Both the position numbers and the translations under genes were made by a program. The notes beneath the pieces were generated by a model. That model did no database searches. It saw nothing but the letters and a program-made list of their open reading frames with translations, and had not been told where the DNA came from. A stretch of 32,000 nucleotides of DNA from Dickeya dadantii NCPPB 898 (GTDB taxonomy: Bacteria > Pseudomonadota > Gammaproteobacteria > Enterobacterales > Enterobacteriaceae), in NCBI RefSeq assembly GCF_000406145.1, contig NZ_CM001976.1, positions 1,862,061 through 1,894,060 of the forward strand, read 5' to 3'. Positions 24,277 to 32,000 of the stretch are shown piece after piece. Each line of letters starts with the position of its first letter. Position 1 is the stretch's first letter.

Positions 24277-26475
24277 ATGTGGTATAAATCAGGTTCATTA
24301 TCACTTTTTTCCGGTAGCAAGGTGGTGCTGGGTAATAATACGGCATGGGCGGATAAGAATAATAGTGTCGTTGCCGGTGGCATGCTGCTGATTTTTGCTG
24401 ATTGCAGCATTAAGATTTATGAAATTGCATCAGTGGTATCGGATACCGAACTGGTGCTGGCTAGCGAATATATTGGTTGCACGGAAAATGGCGTGAATTA
24501 CGCCATTCCGGTGTTGGGCAGCAGTGACACGTTTGATCACGCCGCCTATGTTGCGCAGGTTGCGGCGATGTTGGCCGGCTACCAGTCCCAACTGGCTCAA
24601 TGGAAACAGGTGCTGACCGAGCATGGTCAGGTGACGCTGACGGACAACGGTGGTCAGAGCGTGGTGGTGAAAACCCTGCCGGACCTGACCGACGCCGTCA
24701 GCCGGATGATGGATAAAACCCTCAATGGCGCTGATATTCCGGACAAAGCCCAGTTTGTCGCCAATCTGGGACTGAGCGATGTGGTGCGTAAGTCCGACCT
24801 TGCTAACCATACCCACACCGTCTCGCAAATTACCGACTTTACCGACGCGGTGCGCAAGGTGCTGGTGGCGACGCTGGCGGCTGGCCGAGGTGTTTCTCTG
24901 GCGTATGACAACAGAAACAGCCAACTGAGCATCAGCGCAACCGGGGCGGGAAGCGGTTCGGGCCAAGGTGGAAGCGGCTATACCGTGGTGACGCGTATGG
25001 GTACAACGGCGAACCAGATATTCACCTTCCCGATTAGCCTGAATGGTCAGATGGACTATAGCTTCGATGCTTATGCGCTGAAGGAGGAAGCGGGGCTAAC
25101 ATCACAGACGGTGGTTATTGATACCTTTTCAAGCACAAGTGCCGCCAACTATGAGCAGACAAACAACGTTGTATTTGATGGGCAACTGAAGCCGTACACT
25201 GGTGAAACCTATTCAATGGGTTCCGACGGTTCTTTTTATTCTTCAATTATCAAAGCGGACGGCATTTCATTATCAGTGTCGAGCTACTCAACGTCCACAG
25301 TAGTCCCAGCAATGACGTCAGCAAACACACCTGCCGGATATATTGCCTCGGCCTCTTCAGTATACAACGCATCATATGCCGCCTATTACGCCTTTGACGG
25401 CAGCGTATCAGGTAATGGCTGGATCAGCGCTAGCGCGCCTACTGCTGCTGCGCCGCAGTGGTTAGAGATTGAGTTGCCGTCTCAAACTCAGATCACGGGC
25501 TACATAATAACGAACCCAAACTCAGTGATTGGCGGCCTTGCCAGTCCGAAATCTTGGTTGTTGCAGGGTAGCAATGACGGCAGTGTTTGGACAACCGTTC
25601 ATGCGGTCAGCAACAGCACGAATAATACGGCTGACATCGATCAAGAGTTCCCTTTATCGGTTGCCGCGAATTATTCGAAATATCGCTTATATATTACTGA
25701 TAAAAATTCTTCCTATGCGTTTGTTAGTATCAAAAAACTGAAGCTGGTTGTTGGTGATAAGTGCCTGATTTCTGAATCCTTCGGGAATTTCTATACCGCA
25801 TCATCCGGTGTGCTAACGAAAGTAAACTCGCCATCCTCCGCGTCAGAATTTTCTACAGTTGGCTTCGTTTACTCCGGCGTTATTAGCAGTTCCGCGCTAT
25901 CAGGTAAGCTGCCAATCAAGGTTTGGCTCGCGTCAAACCCGGCAAACAATTACGTTAGAACATCCTACGGGCCACCCCCTCAGATTATTGTGCCAAAATC
26001 GTTGACCAGTGTTAGATCCTTGCAGGTGATTAGCTCAGCACAATTGTCAGCAACGCTGTCCGGCAAAGGTGTGGTATCTGTAGCGGTGTCGCGTGATTTG
26101 AATGACTGGGTTGTATGGAGTGGGAGTTCCTGGGTGTCTATTGGTTCATTATCTGCAGATGCAACTGGGGCAAATAAGCTGGTAGCGAGTGGTATGACTG
26201 CATCGTCCTTGGGCCAGGTCACTGCAACACAATGGGCTTTGCTGTTTCCTAATACCAATGGTGTGCCTGATAATCTGGCGTTTGCTCTGGTGCTCAGTGT
26301 CCCTGATCCATCAGTAGACGGTGTTGTGGTCGATGATCTGACTCTTAATGTGACTAACGGCTCCGCCTGGAAAAAACAGACTGAAGCCGAAGTGGAAATC
26401 CGCTGGTATCCCGACAAAGTGACGTTTAAAACCGTGGCGGCGGGTAACTACAAGCTGGCCTATCAACAGCCATAA
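24277..26475 (+). CDS. Tail-fibre-like protein with discoidin (F5/8 type C)-like carbohydrate-binding domain
   Basis: AAGGAAG RBS. The N-terminus is fibre-like (GSLSLFSGSKVVLGNNTAW). Phage-fibre repeat motif NHTHTVSQITDFTDAV. Residues ~342-492 (PAMTSANTPAGYIASASSVYNASYAAYYAFDG...WLLQGSNDGSVWTTV...YRLYIT) are typical of the galactose-binding-like domain. Confidence 0.75.
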   Translation: MWYKSGSLSLFSGSKVVLGNNTAWADKNNSVVAGGMLLIFADCSIKIYEIASVVSDTELVLASEYIGCTENGVNYAIPVLGSSDTFDHAAYVAQVAAMLAGYQSQLAQWKQVLTEHGQVTLTDNGGQSVVVKTLPDLTDAVSRMMDKTLNGADIPDKAQFVANLGLSDVVRKSDLANHTHTVSQITDFTDAVRKVLVATLAAGRGVSLAYDNRNSQLSISATGAGSGSGQGGSGYTVVTRMGTTANQIFTFPISLNGQMDYSFDAYALKEEAGLTSQTVVIDTFSSTSAANYEQTNNVVFDGQLKPYTGETYSMGSDGSFYSSIIKADGISLSVSSYSTSTVVPAMTSANTPAGYIASASSVYNASYAAYYAFDGSVSGNGWISASAPTAAAPQWLEIELPSQTQITGYIITNPNSVIGGLASPKSWLLQGSNDGSVWTTVHAVSNSTNNTADIDQEFPLSVAANYSKYRLYITDKNSSYAFVSIKKLKLVVGDKCLISESFGNFYTASSGVLTKVNSPSSASEFSTVGFVYSGVISSSALSGKLPIKVWLASNPANNYVRTSYGPPPQIIVPKSLTSVRSLQVISSAQLSATLSGKGVVSVAVSRDLNDWVVWSGSSWVSIGSLSADATGANKLVASGMTASSLGQVTATQWALLFPNTNGVPDNLAFALVLSVPDPSVDGVVVDDLTLNVTNGSAWKKQTEAEVEIRWYPDKVTFKTVAAGNYKLAYQQP

Positions 26476-26503
26476 TCTCTGAACGATATCCCTAAGTATG
26501 CAG

Positions 26504-26532
26504 GCGGACTGAACTTTTCAGTCCGCTTTTTT
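26504..26532 (+). terminator. Intrinsic terminator after fibre-like gene
   Basis: GCGGACUGAA-CUU-UUCAGUCCGC followed by U6. Confidence 0.8.
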
Positions 26533-26647
26533 CATCTGTATTAACGCATATCGGCGACAAAACCTTACCCGCTGTCGTCAGAAACTGACATTCAACCGAT
26601 TATGCTGGCGTATCTGACCCGATTACTGGCCGCAATGGAGGTTACCA

Positions 26648-26815
26648 ATGGGTTTCTGGCGTATTCTGTTCACCATCATCCTGCCGCCGTTTGGGGTTTT
26701 GCTGGGCAAAGGTCTGGGCTGGGCGTTTTTGTTGAATGTCGTGCTGACGTTGCTGGGTTACCTGCCTGGGCTGATCCATGCGTTCTGGATTCAGACGCGC
26801 CCCGCGCGGTATTAG
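26648..26815 (+). CDS. yqaE: YqaE/Pmp3 (UPF0057) small membrane protein, 55 aa (below ORF-track cutoff)
   Basis: MGFWRILFTIILPPFGVLLGKGLGWAFLLNVVLTLLGYLPGLIHAFWIQTRPARY is near-identical in pattern to E. coli YqaE. GGAGG RBS. Confidence 0.85.
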   Translation: MGFWRILFTIILPPFGVLLGKGLGWAFLLNVVLTLLGYLPGLIHAFWIQTRPARY

Positions 26816-26842
26816 TCGGGAAGGAATGGCGAACAATGAAAA

Positions 26843-26864
26843 AATGCCCGGGAAACCGGGCATT
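26843..26864. terminator. Bidirectional terminator between convergent yqaE and flavodoxin-like gene
   Basis: 9-bp stem AAUGCCCGG-GAAA-CCGGGCAUU flanked by an A run and a U run. Confidence 0.7.
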
Positions 26865-26888
26865 TGAGTTTCAGAGGGTATGACATGA

Positions 26889-27443
26889 TTAACCGTGCAG
26901 GCGACGGGTAATTTCAGCCACGCGCGCGCCGTACAGTTTGGCGGTTTCCAGATCGCCCGCCGGAATTGCATCGGCGCCGGCATCGGACGGAGACTGAATC
27001 AGTGCGCCGCCGGAACCACCGAGGTTGTTGGCGTCGTTGCGGGTGGAAGCCAGAGCGTTAGCCGGCAGTTGACCCAGGCTGACCCAGATGCCGCCGTGCT
27101 GTGCGGCCAGCGTCTGCAGATAAATCAGGGTAACCTGCTTGTCGCCGTTCAGACTGGCGCTGTTGACGAAGCCGCCAAATACTTTGTCCTGCCAGCCGCG
27201 GGTGAACCAGATTTTGGAGCTGGCGTCGGCGAATTTTTTGAACTGCCAAGGCGCGTTGCCCATATAGGTCGGCGCGCCGAAAATGATGCCGTCTGCGGCG
27301 TTCAGGGTTTCCCAGTCCGCGTCGGTAATATCGCCATTATTGTCGATAGCGATCAGGCTGGCTTTGGCGCTTTCCGCAACCAGTTCAGCGATAAGTTTGG
27401 TGTGGCCGTAGCCAGAATAGTAGACAACTGCAATCTTGCTCAT
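26889..27443 (-). CDS. Flavodoxin-like fold NAD(P)H:quinone oxidoreductase family protein (WrbA-like)
   Basis: MSKIAVVYYSGYGHTKLIAE ... GIIFGAPTYMGN follows the flavodoxin-like pattern. GAGGAA RBS. Confidence 0.75.
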   Translation of the reverse strand: MSKIAVVYYSGYGHTKLIAELVAESAKASLIAIDNNGDITDADWETLNAADGIIFGAPTYMGNAPWQFKKFADASSKIWFTRGWQDKVFGGFVNSASLNGDKQVTLIYLQTLAAQHGGIWVSLGQLPANALASTRNDANNLGGSGGALIQSPSDAGADAIPAGDLETAKLYGARVAEITRRLHG

Positions 27444-27726
27444 AGCATTTCCTCAAGTATGGCCAGATGAAAGCAGAACGTAAAAATGATAAGTTCTGCT
27501 CAGGTATGGCGACATATTATCGCGCCAAATTTGCATAAACAATGAATTACCTAAAAGTGCCTAGGTTACTTTGCGGTAACCAGATGGCGGTAATATGATC
27601 AGGGATATTAATGTAATGCAGTAGCGCCACGCCGTTTTAAAATAGATTATGAAGAATATGAATAAACGATTCGGTTTTGCATGCCTCCGCTGAAAAAATA
27701 GGTCAGTGGCGGCATGCCGGGGTGCT

Positions 27727-28788
27727 TCAATGAACCAGACGTTGAATACCATCGCGCGCCAGCGCGTAATCGCCGCATTTTTGATAGAACTCCAGCGCTT
27801 TTTGCTTCATGCCGACACATTCCAGAATAACGCCGACATTATAATTGGCTTTATAGGCGTTAACGCCCTCTTTATTTCCCGGCGGCATCTTCGTGCACTG
27901 GATAAACAGATCAACCGCGTTTTGAAGCTGACCGTTATTCATCAGAATCAATGCCTTTAAAAATATAAAATCAGTGGATGAATAATGGGATTCATAGTGA
28001 AGAATATCCATGGCCGTTGCGTAATCGCCCTGATTGATCAGCGCATAACCGTAGGTTTCGACCAGGTCTTCGGTATATTCGTACGTGAAGTTGGTTTCAA
28101 AACGCAACGCCTGCCGGAAATAGTCAATCGCAGAGGAGTAATCCCGTTTCAGGTAATAACTTTTTCCCAGCTGAAACAGCAGGTAAGGATCGTCAGGCTG
28201 CATCTCAAGCGCCTGTTTCAACAGGGTGATGTTCCGTGCGACTTTATCGGTTTCCTGCAGGATTTCTTTTTTATACCCCACATGATTCAGCCGTATCGGG
28301 GCGATAAATGCCGGGACAGGCGACGCGCTGATTTCCCGCGGCGTAACCTGTTCATGAATAATGCCGCTGTAGTGATAGCGATCTTTACGAAATAAACGGT
28401 TGATCGATTCCCGGACGGTGGTGGTGTCGGTTCCTTCATCCAGATAATTGATGCGTTCCACGCGGCCGATTGCCTGCGGATGTGTTTTTATCAGTGCGTA
28501 TAGCGCATCGATATCAATGGATTCGATTTCTTCATCGGCATCGATCACCAGCACCCAATCGTGGCGGGCATAATTCAGCGATGCATTGCGCGCGGCGGAG
28601 AAGTCGGCTACCCATTCGAAATCATGAATATTGGTGGTGAACTGGCTGGCGATAGTTCGGGAGTCATCGGTGGAGCCGGTATCGACAATAACGATATCGT
28701 CAAAATAGGCGGCGATGGATGCCAGCGTGCCGGCAAGATGCCTGGCCTCGTTTTTGATTATCATGCAGACGGAAATCATTATTTTCAC
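27727..28788 (-). CDS. Family 2 glycosyltransferase fused to C-terminal TPR-like repeats
   Basis: ISVCMIIKNE...IVIVDTGSTDDS...DFSAARN...VIDADEE is a GT2 signature. The C-terminal half has TPR-like helices (LFQLGKSYYLKRDYSSAIDYFRQAL). The likely true start is ATG 28779; the track start at 28788 is GTG without an SD. Confidence 0.8.
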   Translation of the reverse strand: MKIMISVCMIIKNEARHLAGTLASIAAYFDDIVIVDTGSTDDSRTIASQFTTNIHDFEWVADFSAARNASLNYARHDWVLVIDADEEIESIDIDALYALIKTHPQAIGRVERINYLDEGTDTTTVRESINRLFRKDRYHYSGIIHEQVTPREISASPVPAFIAPIRLNHVGYKKEILQETDKVARNITLLKQALEMQPDDPYLLFQLGKSYYLKRDYSSAIDYFRQALRFETNFTYEYTEDLVETYGYALINQGDYATAMDILHYESHYSSTDFIFLKALILMNNGQLQNAVDLFIQCTKMPPGNKEGVNAYKANYNVGVILECVGMKQKALEFYQKCGDYALARDGIQRLVH

Positions 28789-28895
28789 CCGTCGGAAAAA
28801 AGGTTGATGGTGTCAAGGCGCCAGAAGAAACCGCTGACGAAACAGTAGTGCGTCAATCTTGCCTGATTCACCGAATAATGACAGCGACCGGGCCA

Positions 28896-29291
28896 TCACA
28901 ATAACGGAACCGGGCGCCCTTCGTCGTTGACCGCCACAAAATTAAACTGACCGGTAATCACTTTGGTGCGGCCTTCGGCGTACATCTGCTCCAGATACAC
29001 CGACACATCCACCGTCAGGCTGGTACGTCCGACCCGGCTGACCTCGCCGACCAGCTCCACAATGGTGCCGGAAGGGATCGGGGTATTGAAGTTGATCTTT
29101 TCGGTAGAGACGGTGACCAGCGGTTTATGGCAGAAACGGGTGGCGGTAATAAACGAGATTTCATCCATCCACGCCAGCGCGGTGCCGCCAAACAGCGTCG
29201 AATGATGGTTGATATTGGTGGGGAAGACCACTTTAGCGACCCGGGTGATGGAATGCTGAATACGCTCTTCAATAATTGAGGATTGCGTCAT
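28896..29291 (-). CDS. Acyl-CoA thioesterase, hotdog fold (4HBT/YciA-like)
   Basis: VFPTNINHHSTLFGGTALAWMDE is the typical hotdog thioesterase motif. 131 aa. Confidence 0.75.
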   Translation of the reverse strand: MTQSSIIEERIQHSITRVAKVVFPTNINHHSTLFGGTALAWMDEISFITATRFCHKPLVTVSTEKINFNTPIPSGTIVELVGEVSRVGRTSLTVDVSVYLEQMYAEGRTKVITGQFNFVAVNDEGRPVPLL

Positions 29292-29356
29292 GATACGGTG
29301 ACCTTGTGGCTAATCAGAACACCGTCATCTTACATCAATTCCATCCCCGGTGGGAC

Positions 29357-30115
29357 TCAGCGTGTCGGTCCGCAGATGTCGCAGTCTGGGTTTTTCGGCA
29401 ATCGCATCTCGCGGAATTGCATCGTCATGGCGTCAAACAGCAGCAGTTTCCCCGCCAGCGGCTGACCGTACCGCGTCAGTACCTTGATGGTTTCCAGCGC
29501 CTGTAATGAACCGATCACCCCGACCAGCGGCGCCATGACGCCGGCTTCGACGCAGGTTAGCGCGCTGTCGCCAAACAGCCGGCTGAGGCAGCGGTAGCAG
29601 GGCTCTTCCGGCTGATAGGTAAAGACGCTGATTTGCCCCTCCATCCGAATCGCCGCGCCGGACACCAGCGGCGTTTTCTGCATAAAACAGAGCCGGTTGA
29701 GTCGATCGCGAATCGACACGTTGTCGGTGCAGTCCACCACCGCATCGTGTTGCATCACCAACGCCAGCAGCGCGTCATCGTCCAGATTGTCCTGAACCGG
29801 CGTGATGTGCACGTGCGGATTGATACCCTGCAAGGTCAGGCGGGCGGATTCCACCTTCGGCATGCCGATACGATCGTCGCGGTGCAGCACCTGCCGTTGC
29901 AGGTTGGACAATGACACGGTATCAAAATCCAGCAGGGTCAACCGGCCGACCCCGGCCGAGGCCAGATACTGCGCGGCGGCACAGCCTAGTCCGCCCAGTC
30001 CGACAATCAATACTCGTGCGGCTTTCAGGCGCTCCTGCGCATCAAAATCGAAGCCGCGCAGCACGATCTGCCGGTTATAGCGCAGGGTTTCTTCATCGGT
30101 CAGTTCAGGCAACAT
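29357..30115 (-). CDS. moeB: Molybdopterin-synthase adenylyltransferase MoeB
   Basis: LRYNRQIVLRGFDFD..RVLIVGLGGLGCAAAQYLASAGVG..CYRCL..CDICG is collinear with E. coli MoeB. The ATG overlaps the moeA TGA (ATGA). Confidence 0.93.
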   Translation of the reverse strand: MLPELTDEETLRYNRQIVLRGFDFDAQERLKAARVLIVGLGGLGCAAAQYLASAGVGRLTLLDFDTVSLSNLQRQVLHRDDRIGMPKVESARLTLQGINPHVHITPVQDNLDDDALLALVMQHDAVVDCTDNVSIRDRLNRLCFMQKTPLVSGAAIRMEGQISVFTYQPEEPCYRCLSRLFGDSALTCVEAGVMAPLVGVIGSLQALETIKVLTRYGQPLAGKLLLFDAMTMQFREMRLPKNPDCDICGPTR

Positions 30116-31350
30116 CAGTAGTGACTCTGCAACAGGGGATTAAACGGTTCGACATCCACCCATTCGCCGGCTTCCACCCGACCGCGCTCGGCTTCCAGCA
30201 CGATGAAGCAGTTACCCTGGTTGAATGAACTGAACACATGGGAGCCCTGATGCCCGGTGGTGCGCACTTCCAGATCGCCCTCGGCGGTGCGGCTTAGAAT
30301 GCCGCGCTGGAAGTCCAGTCGACCGGGCGTTTTCTTCAACGACGTCGTCGTTTTAACCCGAAAACGCGCCGGCAGCGACCAGTCGGTATGGCCGGATAAC
30401 CGCGCCAGCAGCGGCTGCACCAGTTGGTAAAAGGTGACGGCGGCGGACACCGGGTTGCCCGGCAACCCGCAGAACCAGGCGTGACTCAGCTTGCCGAAGG
30501 CAAACGGCTTGCCGGGTTTGATCGCCAGCTTCCAGAAGCGAATATCGCCCAGCGTTTCCAGCATCTGTTTGGTGTAATCCGCTTCCCCCACCGACACGCC
30601 GCCGCTGCTGATCACCACGTCGGCGGCCTGATCCGCCTGCTGAAACGCCTGACGCAGCGCCGCCGGGTCATCGCGCACGATGCCAAGATCGACCACCTCA
30701 TAGCCCAGCTGTTCCAGCATCAGACGCACGGCAAAGCGGTTGGTATCGTAAATCTGCCCTGCCTGCAACGGCTCGCCGACCGGTTGCAGTTCGTCGCCGG
30801 TGGAAAACAGCGCCACACGCAAACGGCGCACCACTTCAACCGCGCTGATACCGAGCGACGCCAGTAGCGGTAATTCGGCCGTGCCCAGTCGGGTGCCGGC
30901 CGGCAGCACCTGCGCCTGACGGCGGATATCCTCACCGGTACGGCGGATGTTTTGGCCCGGTTTAACCGCACGGGTGAAATGGACCCGGCCATCGGCATCG
31001 CTTTCCGTGTCCTCTTGCATCACAACCGCGTCGGCGCCGGTGGGAATCGGAGCGCCGGTCATGATGCGGATGCAAGTTCCCTCCGGCCAATTGGCGTCAA
31101 ACGGCGCGCCGGCAAACGCTTTCCCCGCCACCGGCAGCGGCTGGCCGGTCAGCTCATGGCACCGCACGGCATAGCCGTCCATCGCGGAATTATCGAACGG
31201 GGGCACATCGAGGGGGGAGGTTACCGCCGTCGCCGTGATGCGACCGGCAGCCTGATAAATCGACACCGTTTCTGTCGCGGTGAGTGGTGAAACCTGCGCC
31301 AGCATGGTTTGCAGCGCCTGTTCCAGAGAGAGTAAACCCGAAGTATCCAT
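30115..31350 (-). CDS. moeA: Molybdopterin molybdenumtransferase MoeA
   Basis: ATG 31350 (GGAG RBS) gives 411 aa, the same length as E. coli MoeA and collinear with it ([17 protein letters not shown]...[10 protein letters not shown]...LPGNPVSA). The track N-terminal extension is translated repeat DNA. Confidence 0.93.
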   Translation of the reverse strand: MDTSGLLSLEQALQTMLAQVSPLTATETVSIYQAAGRITATAVTSPLDVPPFDNSAMDGYAVRCHELTGQPLPVAGKAFAGAPFDANWPEGTCIRIMTGAPIPTGADAVVMQEDTESDADGRVHFTRAVKPGQNIRRTGEDIRRQAQVLPAGTRLGTAELPLLASLGISAVEVVRRLRVALFSTGDELQPVGEPLQAGQIYDTNRFAVRLMLEQLGYEVVDLGIVRDDPAALRQAFQQADQAADVVISSGGVSVGEADYTKQMLETLGDIRFWKLAIKPGKPFAFGKLSHAWFCGLPGNPVSAAVTFYQLVQPLLARLSGHTDWSLPARFRVKTTTSLKKTPGRLDFQRGILSRTAEGDLEVRTTGHQGSHVFSSFNQGNCFIVLEAERGRVEAGEWVDVEPFNPLLQSHY

Positions 31351-31390
31351 GACAGCTCCACTGTTCTGTTCGCCGCATCGTGGGCGGGCA

Positions 31391-31435
31391 GAAAAGGCAT
31401 AGTTAGAAAAGGCATAGTTAGAAAAAGCATAGCTA
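31391..31435. repeat. Three tandem 15-bp repeats in the moeA upstream region
   Basis: GAAAAGGCATAGTTA x2 (31391-31405 and 31406-31420), then GAAAAAGCATAGCTA (31421-31435, 2 mismatches). Confidence 0.9.
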
Positions 31436-31499
31436 TAGGTTGCCATTATGGCAGAAATCACCGGGTGGGAGAATGAGGCAGGTCAGTAGCGCGCGGGAT

Positions 31500-31523
31500 A
31501 AAAAAACGCGGCCGAAGCCGCGT
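31500..31523 (-). terminator. Intrinsic terminator of maeA
   Basis: On the - strand: CGCGGC-UUCG-GCCGCG followed by U7. Confidence 0.8.
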
Positions 31524-31568
31524 CTGAGATAGCGATCGCCCTGAAATTAGCGCGATCGGAAAGCGTAA

Positions 31569-32000
31569 TCAGAAAGAGGTACGCTTGTAGGTGCGGTACT
31601 GCGGCTGCCAGAAGTTGTGGGCAATCGCTTTTACCAGCGCATCTTCGGAGGTCACTTCCGCAACGCCCTGCAACTGAGCCGCTTTGGCGACTTCCAGCGC
31701 AATGTGCCTGGAGACGTCCTGAATGGTGCTCACTTCCGGCAACAACGGACCTTCACCCTGGTTTGCCAGCGGCGAGCAGTCGGCCAGTGCACGGCTGGAG
31801 GCCATCAGCATGCCGTCGGTGATGCGCTTGGCGCCACAGGCCAGTACGCCCAGACCGATGCCGGGGAAAATGTAGGAGTTGTTGCACTGTGGGATCGGGT
31901 AAACCTTGTCTTTGTGCTGTACCGGGGCAAACGGGCTGCCGGTTGCTACCAGTGCGGCGCCGTCGGTCCAACGGATGATGTCTTCCGGACGCGCTTCCAC
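31569..32000 (-). CDS. maeA: NAD-dependent malic enzyme, C-terminal 143 aa (5' end outside window)
   Basis: [36 protein letters not shown]...[15 protein letters not shown] is collinear with the C-terminus of E. coli MaeA/SfcA. The frame is open to the window edge. Confidence 0.9.
   Translation of the reverse strand: MEARPEDIIRWTDGAALVATGSPFAPVQHKDKVYPIPQCNNSYIFPGIGLGVLACGAKRITDGMLMASSRALADCSPLANQGEGPLLPEVSTIQDVSRHIALEVAKAAQLQGVAEVTSEDALVKAIAHNFWQPQYRTYKRTSF

Larger units (their letters stand above)
23409..26532 (+). mobile_element. Phage-derived remnant/orphan cassette outside attR
   Basis: AT-rich 430-bp leader, then two phage-type genes and a terminator. No integrase and no second att copy seen by eye. 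Confidence 0.5.

Noticed and set aside
26602-26883. 93-aa + strand ORF spanning the yqaE locus
   Set aside because: It is in a different frame from a 55-aa ORF that is an unmistakable YqaE/Pmp3 homologue with a GGAGG RBS.
26895-27470. 191-aa + strand ORF opposite the flavodoxin-like gene
   Set aside because: It is a shadow ORF antisense to a gene with a clear family signature and RBS.
27561-27752. 63-aa hydrophobic - strand ORF downstream of, and overlapping, the GT2-TPR gene; considered as a possible precursor peptide or small membrane protein
   Set aside because: It overlaps the 3' end of the glycosyltransferase gene and has no SD. Its AT-rich sequence gives Phe/Ile-rich translation by composition alone.
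31351-31461. 37-codon N-terminal extension of moeA ([24 protein letters not shown]...)
   Set aside because: It is a translation of the 15-bp tandem repeat. ATG 31350 has a GGAG RBS and gives the same 411-aa length as E. coli MoeA.
1-32000. Looked for CRISPR arrays, a diversity-generating retroelement (template/variable repeat pair plus reverse transcriptase) near the fibre genes, invertible fibre segments, IS elements, integrase and toxin-antitoxin pairs
   Set aside because: By eye I saw no regularly spaced repeats, no reverse transcriptase, recombinase or transposase-like ORF, and no duplicated fibre 3' segment. A computational repeat search would be needed to exclude short or degenerate elements.

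Overview
The window has three blocks.

(1) nt 1-23408 is the late (virion) arm of a lambdoid, siphovirus-type prophage on the + strand. In order it encodes:
- a portal (5'-truncated by the window edge)
- a Mu-F/SPP1-gp7-like head morphogenesis protein
- a DUF2213-like protease/scaffold
- a decoration-like protein
- a DUF2184/encapsulin-like major capsid protein
- connector and adaptor genes
- an Ig-domain major tail protein
- a tail assembly chaperone
- a 1193-aa tape measure
- lambda gpM/L/K/I/J homologues
- a 333-aa unknown protein
- a tail fibre with an S74 chaperone domain

Between the chaperone and the tape measure, a 2.9-kb mixed-orientation cargo island interrupts the operon. It carries a KilA-N protein, an ORF6N antirepressor-like protein, an 84-aa His/Cys protein and an AT-rich secreted ~232-aa protein. 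A very acidic 73-aa protein is encoded on the opposite strand at the extreme end. The prophage ends at a 63-nt 3' fragment of tRNA-Ser(CGA), which I read as attR.

(2) nt 23409-26532 is an AT-rich, phage-derived orphan cassette outside attR. It holds a tail-completion-like 115-aa protein and a 732-aa fibre-like protein with a discoidin/F5-8-type-C-like domain.

(3) nt 26533-32000 is enterobacterial backbone: yqaE, a flavodoxin/WrbA-like gene, a GT2-TPR glycosyltransferase, a hotdog thioesterase, moeB, moeA and the 3' end of maeA.

I saw no CRISPR array, IS element, integrase, rRNA or intact tRNA, and I do not recognise any known defence system. The best candidates for something undescribed are the cargo island in the tail operon, the acidic end-of-prophage protein and the orphan fibre cassette. 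All family assignments come from motif recognition by eye and from memory, without database searches.
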